64,000 nt of DNA from Alphaproteobacteria bacterium (GCA_965214705.1 OZ243972.1:2336001-2400000), one strand, 5' to 3'; shown: positions 9,369-18,865, numbered from the stretch's first letter. Made by a program: numbers and translations. Notes: generated by a model not told the origin, from the sequence alone.

Positions 9369-9780
9369 CGCATGCCTGAAGCTCCACTTGTGTGGAGTGC
9401 GGCACGATCCCCCCGGCGTGGAGTTCGAAGCCATAATCGATACGGGATTCACTGGCTTCATCCAGCTTCCGCTTTCGCACGCCATGTCTTTGTCCCTTCC
9501 TCTGGAGGGCACAAACGTCGTGACGCTCGCTGACGAGTCGAAGCTCGTCATGCTTACAGCAATGGTGGAAGCCACTCTTTTGGGAAGAACGGAATCCGGC
9601 GTGGCTCTCTTGTCCACATCGTCAGACTCGATTTTGGTCGGGATGGACTTCCTTAGAAGATTTCGCAGGGCGCTAGTTGTCTCGAAAGCGGTGGGTGTGG
9701 TCCTGATGGATGAGGAACCGTTTGAGGAAGCTCAGAAAAGGCTAGCTGAGAAACTAAGGCAAAACGAGACCGATACTTAA
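9319..9780 (+). CDS. Clan AA (retropepsin-like) aspartic protease
   Basis: Catalytic AIIDTGFTG, flap VTLADES and C-terminal ILVGMDFL motif; start uncertain. Confidence 0.8.
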   Translation: MANAQPLGIGHFDQRGNACLKLHLCGVRHDPPGVEFEAIIDTGFTGFIQLPLSHAMSLSLPLEGTNVVTLADESKLVMLTAMVEATLLGRTESGVALLSTSSDSILVGMDFLRRFRRALVVSKAVGVVLMDEEPFEEAQKRLAEKLRQNETDT

Positions 9781-9827
9781 CAACAAGCGATATCGCCATG
9801 ACCCCGCGAGCGGAAGGAGGCCGCGCC

Positions 9828-10247
9828 ATGGCTCCGACACGCAGGGATGTGCTGCTGCTCAGCGCTTCCGCCACGGCGGCTGCGCTGATTCCTGCCGGTA
9901 CGGCCCAGGCCTCCAACGGCGTCTGGCAGGCCATCGACGAATTCACCGGAAGCGCGCTGCGCCTGGAAGGCGGTATGCTGCTCGATGCGCCGGAGATCTT
10001 CGACAACGGCGGCGCCGTGCCGATTCGGGTCGTGGCCGAGGGCGCGCGACGCATCGCGCTCTTCAATGATGGAAACCCGAATCCCGGCGTCGCGGTCTTC
10101 AACTTCGGCAGGCTCGTGCGGCCCGAAGCCACGATCCGCATCCGGCTCGCGCAGAGCCAGACCGTGTATGCAGTGGCGGAGATGGGGGACGGCACCTACC
10201 GCGAGGCCTCCCAGAAGATCGCGGTCACCGTCGGCGGCTGCGGCTGA
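9828..10247 (+). CDS. soxY: Sulfur carrier protein SoxY
   Basis: Tat signal PTRRDVLL, APEIFDNGGAVP, NPNPGVA, IRLAQSQTV, C-terminal VTVGGCG; GGAGG RBS. Confidence 0.9.
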   Translation: MAPTRRDVLLLSASATAAALIPAGTAQASNGVWQAIDEFTGSALRLEGGMLLDAPEIFDNGGAVPIRVVAEGARRIALFNDGNPNPGVAVFNFGRLVRPEATIRIRLAQSQTVYAVAEMGDGTYREASQKIAVTVGGCG

Positions 10248-10257
10248 GGAGGGGGCG

Positions 10258-10584
10258 ATGGCGCAACCCAGGCCGCGCGTGAAGCTGCCTAGGTCAATCG
10301 AGGCAGGCGTCCCCTTCACGGTCAAGACCCGGATCACCCATCCGATGCATACCGGAGAGCGCCACGACAGCGACGGCGTGCTCGTGCCCCGCCGGATCAT
10401 CAACCGCTTCGTGGTCAGCTACAACGGCGAGGTGGCGATCACCGTCGATCTGGAGCCGGCGGTCTCGGCCGACCCTTACGTTCAATTCCAGTTGGCCGTC
10501 CCGGACTCGGGCCTTCTGGAATTCCAGTGGTTCGATGATGACGGCTCCGTCTACAGCCTCAGCAAACAGGTTGAGGTCGACTAG
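10258..10584 (+). CDS. soxZ: Sulfur carrier protein SoxZ
   Basis: ITHPMHTGER...VPRRIINRF...LEPAVSADPY...WFDDDG; directly follows soxY. Confidence 0.9.
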   Translation: MAQPRPRVKLPRSIEAGVPFTVKTRITHPMHTGERHDSDGVLVPRRIINRFVVSYNGEVAITVDLEPAVSADPYVQFQLAVPDSGLLEFQWFDDDGSVYSLSKQVEVD

Positions 10585-10591
10585 GGCCACG

Positions 10592-11326
10592 ATGGGACAC
10601 CGGGCCGCCGGATTCGCGGCATGGGCCGCCTCCGGGATGCTCGCCGTGACTCTTCTGCTCTTGCTCCCCGCCGCCGGCGCATGGAGCGCCGATGCCGAAC
10701 GCGGCAAGGCTCTCTTCGGCCAATGCAAGCGCTGCCACCAGGTCGGCAGCGGCGCGGCGCATCGCATCGGCCCGCACCTCAACGATGTCTTCGGCCGCAC
10801 GGCCGGTTCGTTCGCGAACTTCCGCTATTCCGACGCGATGAAGGCGGCCGGGTCTGGCGGCTTGGTCTGGAGCGAGGCGACGCTCGACGCCTTCCTCGCC
10901 GATCCGCACACGTTCGTGCCGCACTCGCGCATGAGCTTCGACGGCATGGAGGGGGCCGAGGACAGAGCAGACCTCGTGGCGTGGTTGCGTGGCTTTTCGG
11001 GAGATCACTCCAATTCGTCACCGGCGGAGCCCACCGCCACGCCCGAGGAATACGGCCTCGATCCGCAGATCCTCGCCATCGAGGGTGACCCCGAGTACGG
11101 CGCCTATCTCGCGGGCGAATGCACTACCTGCCACCGGACGGACGGTACCGACGAGGGCATCCCCTCGATAACCGGATGGCCGCTCGATGACTTCGTGATA
11201 GCCTTGCACGCGTACAAGGGCGGAAAGAGGGTGCATCCCGTCATGCAGATGGTGGCCGGGCGCCTGTCGGACGAAGAGATCGCCGCCCTCGCTGCGCATT
11301 TCCGCAAGGCGGACGACGATCCGTGA
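10592..11326 (+). CDS. soxE: Dihaem c-type cytochrome (SoxE-like)
   Basis: Signal peptide; two CxxCH motifs (CKRCH, CTTCH); upstream of the flavoprotein. Confidence 0.75.
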   Translation: MGHRAAGFAAWAASGMLAVTLLLLLPAAGAWSADAERGKALFGQCKRCHQVGSGAAHRIGPHLNDVFGRTAGSFANFRYSDAMKAAGSGGLVWSEATLDAFLADPHTFVPHSRMSFDGMEGAEDRADLVAWLRGFSGDHSNSSPAEPTATPEEYGLDPQILAIEGDPEYGAYLAGECTTCHRTDGTDEGIPSITGWPLDDFVIALHAYKGGKRVHPVMQMVAGRLSDEEIAALAAHFRKADDDP

Positions 11327-11343
11327 GCCAGGGGAGACACGTC

Positions 11344-12639
11344 ATGAGCAAACCGAACGGAAAGAGCGGTCTGAGCCGCCGCGGATTCCTTGCATCCGCG
11401 GCTGCGGCGACAACGGCGGTATCGGCGCTGTCGGCGCCCACGGTGCTCGCACAGGGGCGCCCGCGCGTCGTGGTCGTGGGCGGCGGTGCGGGCGGCGCGA
11501 CGGCGGCACGCTACATCGCCAAGGATTCGGATGGCGCCATCGACGTGACGCTCGTGGAGCCGAGCCGCGCCTACTACAGCTGCTTCTTCTCGAACCTCTA
11601 TATCGGCGGCTTCCGCGAATACGCGTCGATCGGTCACAGCTACGGGGACCTCGCCGCGAACCACGGAATCAACGTGGTGCACGACTGGGCGGTCTCCGTC
11701 GACCGCGATGCGCGCAGCGTGGGGCTCGCCGGCGGCGGCAGCCTCGCCTACGACCGCCTCATCCTCTCGCCGGGCATCGACTTCCGCGACGGCTCCGTTC
11801 CCGGCTGGGACCTGTCGCAGCAGAACCGCATGCCGCACGCCTACAAGGCGGGCTCGCAGACCCAACTTCTCAAGGCGCAGATCGAGGCCATGCCGGAAGG
11901 CGGCACCTATTGTATGGTCGCGCCGCCCAACCCGTTCCGTTGCCCGCCGGGCCCGTACGAGCGCATCTCGATGGTGGCTCACGTGCTGAAGCAGTCGAAC
12001 CCGACGGCCAAGATACTGATCGTCGACCCCAAGGCGAAGTTCTCCAAGCAGGGGCTGTTCGAGGAAGGCTGGCAGCGCCATTACCCCGGCATGGTCGAGC
12101 GCGTCGGCCCCGATTTCGGCGGCGACAAGGTCGAGGTACGGCCCGAGGCCATGGAGGTGGTGATCGACGGCGAGGCGACCAAGGTGGACGTCTGCAACGT
12201 CATCCCCGCGCAGCAGGCCGGGCGCATCGCCGCAGTCGCGGGCATCACCAACGAGGCCGGCTGGGCGCCGATCGTGCCGCACACCATGCAGAGCCGGGCG
12301 GACGAGAACATCCACGTCCTCGGCGATGCCTCGCAGCAGGGCGACATGCCGAAGTCGGGCTTCTCGGCCAACAGCCAGGCCAAGGCCTGCGCCATGGCGG
12401 TGCGGGGCGCGCTCACCGGCTCCTCGACGTTCCCGCCGCGCTACTCCAACACCTGCTGGTCGCTCATCGGCACCGACGACGGCGTCAAGGTCGGCGCCTC
12501 CTATGAGGCGACCGACGAGAAGATCGCCAAGACCGACGGCTTCATTTCCAAGACCGGGGAGAGCGCGGAGCTGCGCAAGGCGACCTACGAGGAATCGCTC
12601 GGCTGGTACGCCGCCATCACCGGCGACATGTTCAGCTAG
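11344..12639 (+). CDS. soxF: Flavocytochrome c sulfide dehydrogenase flavoprotein (SoxF/FccB)
   Basis: Tat signal SRRGFL, VVVVGGGAGG, PFRCPPGPYER, GDA..MPKSGFSANSQAK, NTCWS. Confidence 0.9.
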   Translation: MSKPNGKSGLSRRGFLASAAAATTAVSALSAPTVLAQGRPRVVVVGGGAGGATAARYIAKDSDGAIDVTLVEPSRAYYSCFFSNLYIGGFREYASIGHSYGDLAANHGINVVHDWAVSVDRDARSVGLAGGGSLAYDRLILSPGIDFRDGSVPGWDLSQQNRMPHAYKAGSQTQLLKAQIEAMPEGGTYCMVAPPNPFRCPPGPYERISMVAHVLKQSNPTAKILIVDPKAKFSKQGLFEEGWQRHYPGMVERVGPDFGGDKVEVRPEAMEVVIDGEATKVDVCNVIPAQQAGRIAAVAGITNEAGWAPIVPHTMQSRADENIHVLGDASQQGDMPKSGFSANSQAKACAMAVRGALTGSSTFPPRYSNTCWSLIGTDDGVKVGASYEATDEKIAKTDGFISKTGESAELRKATYEESLGWYAAITGDMFS

Positions 12640-12670
12640 AGTGCGTCCGTCTTTGACGAACGCACTCTAG
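12636..12670. repeat. CTAG-flanked hairpin related to the terminal hairpin of the intergenic repeat family
   Basis: CTAGAGTGCGT-CCGTCTTTGACGA-ACGCACTCTAG; its left part is a near reverse complement of the end of copy B (CGTCAAAGACGGACGCGCTCTA). Confidence 0.7.
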
Positions 12671-13641
12671 GGAAAGTCTGAACAACCCCATCTTGGCGGC
12701 TTCGAGGGGGAGAGGGGGCTTGGATTTGAAGCTCGACGATATTGCCGGCAGGCCGGGGGCTGCTTTTGTCGCGGGATACGGAGCGAACGGGCGATATCCG
12801 CGTCGATCCGCCGCATTCCCCGTCGTCCCGCCGGCGGCGGGCGGACTGCTCCCCTGTCATTGCGTCGCGTAGCGGCCGGCGATCAGCAGGTTCGAGAACC
12901 CCAGCAGCAACGCGATGCGCTGCCTGTTCTTCGCCACGCCCCGGTAGCGCACCTTGGCGTAGCCGAAGTGCCGCTTCACGTACAGGAACGGATGCTCCAC
13001 CTTCGCCCGCACCGACGCCTTGCGCTTCTCGGCCGCCGCTTCGGCGCCACCCCCGGCCAGCAGCCGGCGCCGCCCCGGCTTCATCGCCACACGCCACTCG
13101 ACACCGCCATCCCGGTGCTCGGGACGCTTCTCCACCCCCTGGTAGCCCGCGTCGCCCCACGCCGTCGTCTCAGCGCCATGCAGCAGCGCTCCCGCCTGCG
13201 TCACGTCGCTTGCGTTGGCCGCCGTCGTCACCACGCTGTGTGCCAGACCCGACCCGGCGTCCACCCCGATGTGCGCCTTCATCCCGAAATACCACTGCTT
13301 GCCCTTCCTCGTCTGACGCATCTCAGGGTCCCGTGCGCGGCGCCGGTTCTTCGTCGACGACGGCGCCTCGATGATGCTCGCGTCGACGATCGTCCCCGTG
13401 CGCAGCCGATGGCCACGCGACGCAAGGTGCGCATTGATCTCCTCGAACAGACCCTCGCCCAGGCCGTGCTTCTCCAGAAGATGCCGGAAGTTCAGGATGG
13501 TGGTCTCGTCGGGCAGCGCCTCCGTCAGGCGCAGCCCCACGAAACGCCTCACCGACTCCACCTCGTAGAGCAGGTCCTCCATCCCCGGGTCGCTCAGGTT
13601 GTAGAACAGCTGCACGCAGTGAACGCGCAGCATCACCCTAA

Positions 13642-14843
13642 GGAAAGTCTGAACAACCCCATCTTGGCGGCTTCGAGGGGGAGAGGGGGCTTGGATTTGA
13701 AGCTCGACGATATTGCCGGCAGGCCGGGGGCTGCTTTTGTCGCGGGATACGGAGCGAACGGGCGATATCCGCGTCGATCCGCCGCATTCCCCGTCGTCCC
13801 GCCGGCGGCGGGCGGACTGCTCCCCTGTCATTGCGTCGCGTAGCGGCCGGCGATCAGCAGGTTCGAGAACCCCAGCAGCAACGCGATGCGCTGCCTGTTC
13901 TTCGCCACGCCCCGGTAGCGCACCTTGGCGTAGCCGAAGTGCCGCTTCACGTACAGGAACGGATGCTCCACCTTCGCCCGCACCGACGCCTTGCGCGTCT
14001 CGGCCGCCGCTTCGGCGCCACCCCCGGCCAGCAGCCGGCGCCGCCCCGGCTTCATCGCCACACGCCACTCGACACCGCCATCCCGGTGCTCGGGACGCTT
14101 CTCCACCCCCTGGTAGCCCGCGTCGCCCCACGCCGTCGTCTCAGCGCCATGCAGCAGCGCTCCCGCCTGCGTCACGTCGCTTGCGTTGGCCGCCGTCGTC
14201 ACCACGCTGTGTGCCAGACCCGACCCGGCGTCCACCCCGATGTGCGCCTTCATCCCGAAATACCACTGCTTGCCCTTCCTCGTCTGACGCATCTCAGGGT
14301 CCCGTGCGCGGCGCCGGTTCTTCGTCGACGACGGCGCCTCGATGATGCTCGCGTCAACGATCGTCCCCGTGCGCAGCCAATGGCCGCGCGACGCCAGGTG
14401 CGCATTGATCTCCTCGAACAGACCCTCGCCCAGGCCGTGCTTCTCCAGAAGATGCCGGAAGTTCAGGATGGTGGTCTCGTCAGGCAACGCCTCCGCCAGC
14501 CGCAGCCCCACGAAACGCCGCACCGACTCCACCTCGTAGAGCAGGTCCTCCATCCCCGGATCGCTCAGGTTGTAGAACAGCTGCACGCAGTGAACGCGCA
14601 GCATCACCGCAAGCGGGTACGGGCGCCGACCGCGCCCCGCCTTCGGATAGAACGGCTCGATCCGCCGTTCCAGCCGCTCCCAGGGAACCAGCTTGTCCAT
14701 CTTCTCCAGGAACAGCTCGCGCCGCGTCCGGCGCTTCTTCAAGTCGTGCTCCAGTTCCGAAAAGCTCGCCTGTGCCATGACCCGATCATCCAATCTGCGA
14801 CTCCTACGAAAATCATGGCACACCCGACTTGATCAGACCTTCC
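13642..14843 (-). mobile_element. IS5-family element (inner intact copy, 1202 bp)
   Basis: Same terminal repeats as the outer copy; CTAA target duplication at 13638-13641 and 14844-14847. Confidence 0.95.
13828..14778 (-). CDS. IS5-family DDE transposase
   Basis: LPDETTILNFRHLLE, GTIVDASII, WYFGMKAHIGVD, WGDAGYQG, RAKVEHPF. Confidence 0.96.
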   Translation of the reverse strand: MAQASFSELEHDLKKRRTRRELFLEKMDKLVPWERLERRIEPFYPKAGRGRRPYPLAVMLRVHCVQLFYNLSDPGMEDLLYEVESVRRFVGLRLAEALPDETTILNFRHLLEKHGLGEGLFEEINAHLASRGHWLRTGTIVDASIIEAPSSTKNRRRARDPEMRQTRKGKQWYFGMKAHIGVDAGSGLAHSVVTTAANASDVTQAGALLHGAETTAWGDAGYQGVEKRPEHRDGGVEWRVAMKPGRRRLLAGGGAEAAAETRKASVRAKVEHPFLYVKRHFGYAKVRYRGVAKNRQRIALLLGFSNLLIAGRYATQ

Positions 14844-15078
14844 CTAAGCGGGTAAGGGCGCCGACCGCGCCCCGCCTTCGGATAGAACGGCTCGATCCGC
14901 CGTTCCAGCCGCTCCCAGGGAACCAGCTTGTCCATCTTCTCCAGGAACAGCTCGCGCCGCGTCCGGCGCTTCTTCAAGTCGTGCTCCAGTTCCGAAAAGC
15001 TCGCCTGTGCCATGACCCGATCATCCAATCTGCGACTCCTACGAAAATCATGGCACACCCGACTTGATCAGACCTTCC

Positions 15079-15197
15079 CTAGCAATTTTTTCGCTCACGG
15101 CAGCCGGCCTGCGGCCGGCGCCTGCGCGGGCGCGCCGCATTCGCGGTGGGCCGCGGTCGCGGCCTGTCGCGCGCCCGTCAAAGACGGACGCGCTCTA
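15079..15197 (+). repeat. Structured intergenic repeat, copy B
   Basis: CTAGCAATTTTTTCGCTCACGGCAGCCGG...GACGGACGCGCTCTA; ends in the stop codon of the YeeE gene. Confidence 0.85.
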
Positions 15198-16220
15198 TCG
15201 CGCGGTGAGAAGCATCCCTGTAGCTCGCGCCGAGGCCGCCATGGCGGCGAGCGCGAGCAGCGCGGCGAGGCTCGCGGTCGAGACGCCGGAAAGCCCGGCG
15301 CCCACCGTGCAACCGCCTGCCAGCACGCCGCCCACGCCCATCATCACGGCGCCGGCGAGGTAGCGCCCGGTCTGGCGCGGGCCTTCCAGGCTCTGCCAGC
15401 GGAACTCGCCGGCCGCCAGCGCCGCGGCCAGGCTGCCGAGCAGGACGCCCGCGGCGAGGCCGGTGCCGAAGCCCGCCGGTATCGACGTTGCCACCACGGC
15501 CCAGAACAACGTGTCCGCCATGGGCCCGGTGAAGCCCATCGACGCCACGGGGATCGGGTCGAAATCGTCCAGCAGCACGAACCCCGTGCCGATCCAGCCG
15601 AGCGGCACCAGCAACCCGATCGCGGCCGCCATCGCCAGGTGGGAGATCCGCGCACGGGAGAGGAGCGCGAAGAGAAACGCGGTGCCCGCGACGATCGCCG
15701 GCCAGACCTCGCCGCCGGGCCAGGCCGCGAGCTCCGTCGCCGCGCCGCCGGAGAGGGTCGCGTCCCCCACCGCCTCGCGGATCGGGGCCAGCGCGCCCTT
15801 CATCACCGCGTGGGCCGTGACGGCAAAGACGACTAAGACGAGCAAGGCGCGCAGATTGCCGGTGCCGACCAGCACCGTGAGGCGCGAGACGCAGCCGCCC
15901 GTCAGCACCATGCCGGCTCCGAAGAGCGCGCCGCCCAGCAGCGCTGACGCGACCGGCAGGTCGGCCGCGAGAAAGCGATGCGCCTCGAAGGAGATCAGAT
16001 CGAAAGCAACCGCCACGCGGGTGCCGGCGATCGCGGTCGCCAGCGCCATCACCCATGTGCCGAGTGCCGGCAGGCAGTCGCGCCACTCGCCGACCAGGCT
16101 GCGGCGCAGGCAGAACGCGCTGCGCTGCGCGAGCGCGCCATAGGCCAGGCCGAGCACCAGCCCAAGCAGCACGGAGGCCGTGATCGGCGTCAGCTCCTCG
16201 AACCCGAACTCCTCGAACAT
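15195..16220 (-). CDS. YeeE/YedE family sulfur-compound transporter (SoxT-like)
   Basis: QRSAFC, LFGAGMVLTGGC and GGVLAGGCTVGAG conserved Cys motifs; multiple TM helices. Confidence 0.88.
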   Translation of the reverse strand: MFEEFGFEELTPITASVLLGLVLGLAYGALAQRSAFCLRRSLVGEWRDCLPALGTWVMALATAIAGTRVAVAFDLISFEAHRFLAADLPVASALLGGALFGAGMVLTGGCVSRLTVLVGTGNLRALLVLVVFAVTAHAVMKGALAPIREAVGDATLSGGAATELAAWPGGEVWPAIVAGTAFLFALLSRARISHLAMAAAIGLLVPLGWIGTGFVLLDDFDPIPVASMGFTGPMADTLFWAVVATSIPAGFGTGLAAGVLLGSLAAALAAGEFRWQSLEGPRQTGRYLAGAVMMGVGGVLAGGCTVGAGLSGVSTASLAALLALAAMAASARATGMLLTAR

Positions 16221-16373
16221 GGGGAACCGCCTCCTCCCGGCGGCAGCGCCGCCGGGCGCACGATACCCGGAACGTCCTCGACCGGGGAGCGAAAGTCCGA
16301 CCGGGCTCTCGTCAAGGCCGTCCCTGCCGACGGTTGAGTTCGCGGCCTTTCTGGGCTATCTCCATGGGGCCGC

Positions 16374-16449
16374 GTCCCCATCGTCTAGTGGCCTAGGACA
16401 CCGGCCTCTCACGCCGGAAACGGGGGTTCGAGTCCCCCTGGGGACGCCA
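16374..16449 (+). tRNA. tRNA-Glu(CTC)
   Basis: GTCCCCATCGTCTAGTGGCCTAGGACACCGGCCTCTCACGCCGGAAACGGGGGTTCGAGTCCCCCTGGGGACGCCA; CTC anticodon, encoded CCA. Confidence 0.97.
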
Positions 16450-16663
16450 TCCATTTTGCTTTTTCTTTACGTTTCAAAGGCCTAGAACCCCCTTTTGTCT
16501 AACCTTTCGGAAAGGTTGGACAAATTTGCTCCGGTTCCGCCCTCAGTTTCGCCATGCCCGAGCTCGTGAGCCGCGCCCGGTTTGCGGCCGCGACGTACAG
16601 GCTGGCCTTCCTCGCGCTCGCGTGCGCGAGAAACGACATGCCTCCATGTGGGACGGAAAAGCT

Positions 16664-17380
16664 CTAGCCAAGCGTCAGCCCTTCGACGATGCCGATCCGG
16701 TAAGCAACCCAGGCGCCGAGACCGATGGTGCCAAGCCCGACGGCGGCGCTCAGCGTGTTGTGCGCCCAGGAGAGGCTGCGCGCCATCCGCTGCAGCGGAA
16801 TCGCGATGACGACCGAGAGTGCGGCCATGCCGATCATCGAGCCGATGCCGAAGAGCGCGAGGTAGGCGAGTGCCCAGAAAAGCGAGTCGATCTGCCCCGC
16901 CGTCAGCAGGATCAGCGCCGCAGACCCCGCGAGCCCATGCATCAGTCCGACCGCGAGTGCACGCACGGGCAGTCCCCGCGCGTGCACATGGTCATGGCGC
17001 GATGCGGCGTGATCGGCCTCGCCTGCGTGGCTGTGAGCATGGAAGTGCGTCGTGCCGTCGCCGTGGCGGTGGATGTGGAAGTGAACGCGCGCGGCGATCA
17101 TGCGCCGCAGCAGGTCAGCCCCCAGCAGCACCAACATGATGCCGACGGCAAACTCAAAGATGTGCGCGATGCGTTCGAGCATGACGCCATCGAGCGAGAG
17201 CACAACGGTGCCCGCAGCGAAGAGCGTCAGCGTGTGCCCCAGCCCCCAGGCCGCACCGAGGCGAAGGGCGCCACCTAGATTCCGGCTGCGCGCCGTCAGC
17301 GCGGCGACGGCGGCGACATGGTCAGCTTCCAGCGCATGACGCATGCCGACCAAGAGGCCGAGAACGAGAACGCCACCCAC
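16664..17380 (-). CDS. Nickel/cobalt transporter (NiCoT/UreH-like)
   Basis: GMRHALEADH, WGLGHT, His-rich loop, GLMHGLAGSAA; GGAGG RBS 6 nt before GTG. Confidence 0.82.
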   Translation of the reverse strand: MGGVLVLGLLVGMRHALEADHVAAVAALTARSRNLGGALRLGAAWGLGHTLTLFAAGTVVLSLDGVMLERIAHIFEFAVGIMLVLLGADLLRRMIAARVHFHIHRHGDGTTHFHAHSHAGEADHAASRHDHVHARGLPVRALAVGLMHGLAGSAALILLTAGQIDSLFWALAYLALFGIGSMIGMAALSVVIAIPLQRMARSLSWAHNTLSAAVGLGTIGLGAWVAYRIGIVEGLTLG

Positions 17381-17500
17381 GGGCAACCTCCGTCAACGCG
17401 TCGCTAGCGGCCCTGACCTGGCCCCGTCGACTGGTACGGGTCGAATGTTAGTGCGGTTGGTCAAACTAAGATGTTGAAATATATGAGTAAAGTAAGGTCT

Positions 17501-17513
17501 CCTGGGGACGCCA
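17501..17513 (+). repeat. att-like duplication of the tRNA-Glu 3' end
   Basis: CCTGGGGACGCCA is identical to 16437-16449. Confidence 0.75.
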
Positions 17514-17530
17514 GTCTATCAGGCGTACCG

Positions 17531-18865
17531 CTACGGCCGATCCCTCAACGGGACGAAGCCGCGTTGCGCCGGGCCGGTGTAGAGCTGGCGCGGTCGGCCG
17601 ATCTTCTGCTCGGGATCCGCGATCATCTCGTTCCATTGGGCGACCCAGCCCACGGTGCGCGCTAGCGCGAAGATCACGGTGAAGAGGTGGGTCGGGATGC
17701 CGAGCGCCTGCAGGATCAGGCCCGAGTAGAAGTCGACGTTGGGGTAAAGCTTGCGGTCGACGAAGTACTCGTCCTCCAGGGCGATCCGCTCCAGCTCCAT
17801 GGCGATCCTGAGCAGCTCGTCGCTGATGCCGAGATCGTCGAGCACCTCGTGGCAGGTCTCCCGCATGACCGTGGCACGCGGGTCGTAGTTCTTGTAGACC
17901 CGGTGGCCGAAGCCCATGAGCCGGAACGGGTCGTCCTTGTCCTTCGCTCGCTTGATGAATTCCGAGATGTTCTCGACCGTGCCGATCTCCTCCAGCATCT
18001 GGAGCACCGCCTCGTTGGCGCCGCCGTGGGCAGGCCCCCAGAGCGTCGCGATGCCGGCCGCGATGCAGGCGTAGGGGTTGGCGCCGGAGGAGCCGGCGAG
18101 GCGCACCGTCGATGTCGAGGCGTTCTGCTCGTGGTCCGCGTGGAGGATCAGGATGCGGTCCATGGCGCGCGCGTGGATCGGGTTGATCTGATAGTCCTCG
18201 CACGGCACCGCGAACATCATGTGCAGGAAATTCTCCGCGTACGTGAGGTCGTTGCGCGGATACACGAACGGCTGGCCGATATTGTACTTGTACGCCATCG
18301 CCGCAAACGTCGGCATCTTCGCGATCATCCGGTGCGAGGCGATGATGCGCTGCTTCGGATCGTCGATGTCGGTGGTGTCGTGGTAGAAGGCGGCAAGCGC
18401 GCCCACCACGCCGATCATCACCGCCATCGGGTGAGAATCGCGCCGGAACCCCCGATAGAGGTAGTTGATCTGCTCGTGCACCATCGTGTGCTTGGTGATG
18501 GTGTTGACGAAGTGGTCCTTCTCCGCCGCGTTCGGCAGCTCACCGTGGAGCAGTAGGTAGGAGACTTCGAGGAAGTCGCTGTATGCGGCCAGCTCGTCGA
18601 TAGGGTAGCCGCGGTGCAGCAGCACGCCCTGCTCGCCGTCGATATAGGTGATATTCGACTTGCACGAGCCGGTCGCGGTATAGCCGGGATCGTAGGAGAA
18701 CTTGCCCGTCCCCGCGTAGAGCGAGCGGATATCGATCACCGGCGGGCCCATCGTCCCCTCGAGGACAGGCAACTCGACCGTGCTCCCGGTCTCCCGATCG
18801 GTGAGCACGGCGCTGGGCGCCTCGTTGCCCTGCCCGGCGAGCCTCGTTTGGTGTGCCTGAGACAC
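17531..18865 (-). CDS. gltA: Type II (hexameric) citrate synthase
   Basis: [70 protein letters not shown]; GTG start after AAGGAGG. Confidence 0.96.
   Translation of the reverse strand: MSQAHQTRLAGQGNEAPSAVLTDRETGSTVELPVLEGTMGPPVIDIRSLYAGTGKFSYDPGYTATGSCKSNITYIDGEQGVLLHRGYPIDELAAYSDFLEVSYLLLHGELPNAAEKDHFVNTITKHTMVHEQINYLYRGFRRDSHPMAVMIGVVGALAAFYHDTTDIDDPKQRIIASHRMIAKMPTFAAMAYKYNIGQPFVYPRNDLTYAENFLHMMFAVPCEDYQINPIHARAMDRILILHADHEQNASTSTVRLAGSSGANPYACIAAGIATLWGPAHGGANEAVLQMLEEIGTVENISEFIKRAKDKDDPFRLMGFGHRVYKNYDPRATVMRETCHEVLDDLGISDELLRIAMELERIALEDEYFVDRKLYPNVDFYSGLILQALGIPTHLFTVIFALARTVGWVAQWNEMIADPEQKIGRPRQLYTGPAQRGFVPLRDRP

Larger units (their letters stand above)
12857..15013 (-). pseudogene. 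Interrupted IS5 transposase (5' part 14848-15013, 3' part 12857-13641)
   Basis: The two pieces join in frame as ...RRPYPL/RVMLRVHC once the inner IS and one CTAA copy are removed. Confidence 0.9.
12671..15078 (-). mobile_element. IS5-family element (outer copy, interrupted by a sister copy)
   Basis: Ends GGAAAGTCTGAACAA / TTGATCAGACCTTCC; CTAG target duplication at 12667-12670 and 15079-15082; 12671-13641 plus 14848-15078 sums to 1202 bp. Confidence 0.93.
16450..17513. mobile_element. tRNA-Glu-anchored genomic islet (about 1.06 kb, no integrase)
   Basis: Bounded by a 13-bp direct repeat of the tRNA 3' end (CCTGGGGACGCCA, 16437-16449 and 17501-17513); AT-rich ends with repeated motifs. Confidence 0.75.

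Noticed and set aside
12857-14131. 424-aa ORF appearing as a novel transposase fusion
   Set aside because: Chance read-through from an alternative frame of the inner IS5 into the truncated outer transposase.
12671-15078. Assembly artefact explaining the duplicated IS5
   Set aside because: Each copy has its own target duplication and the copies differ by several substitutions; long reads would still be the decisive test.
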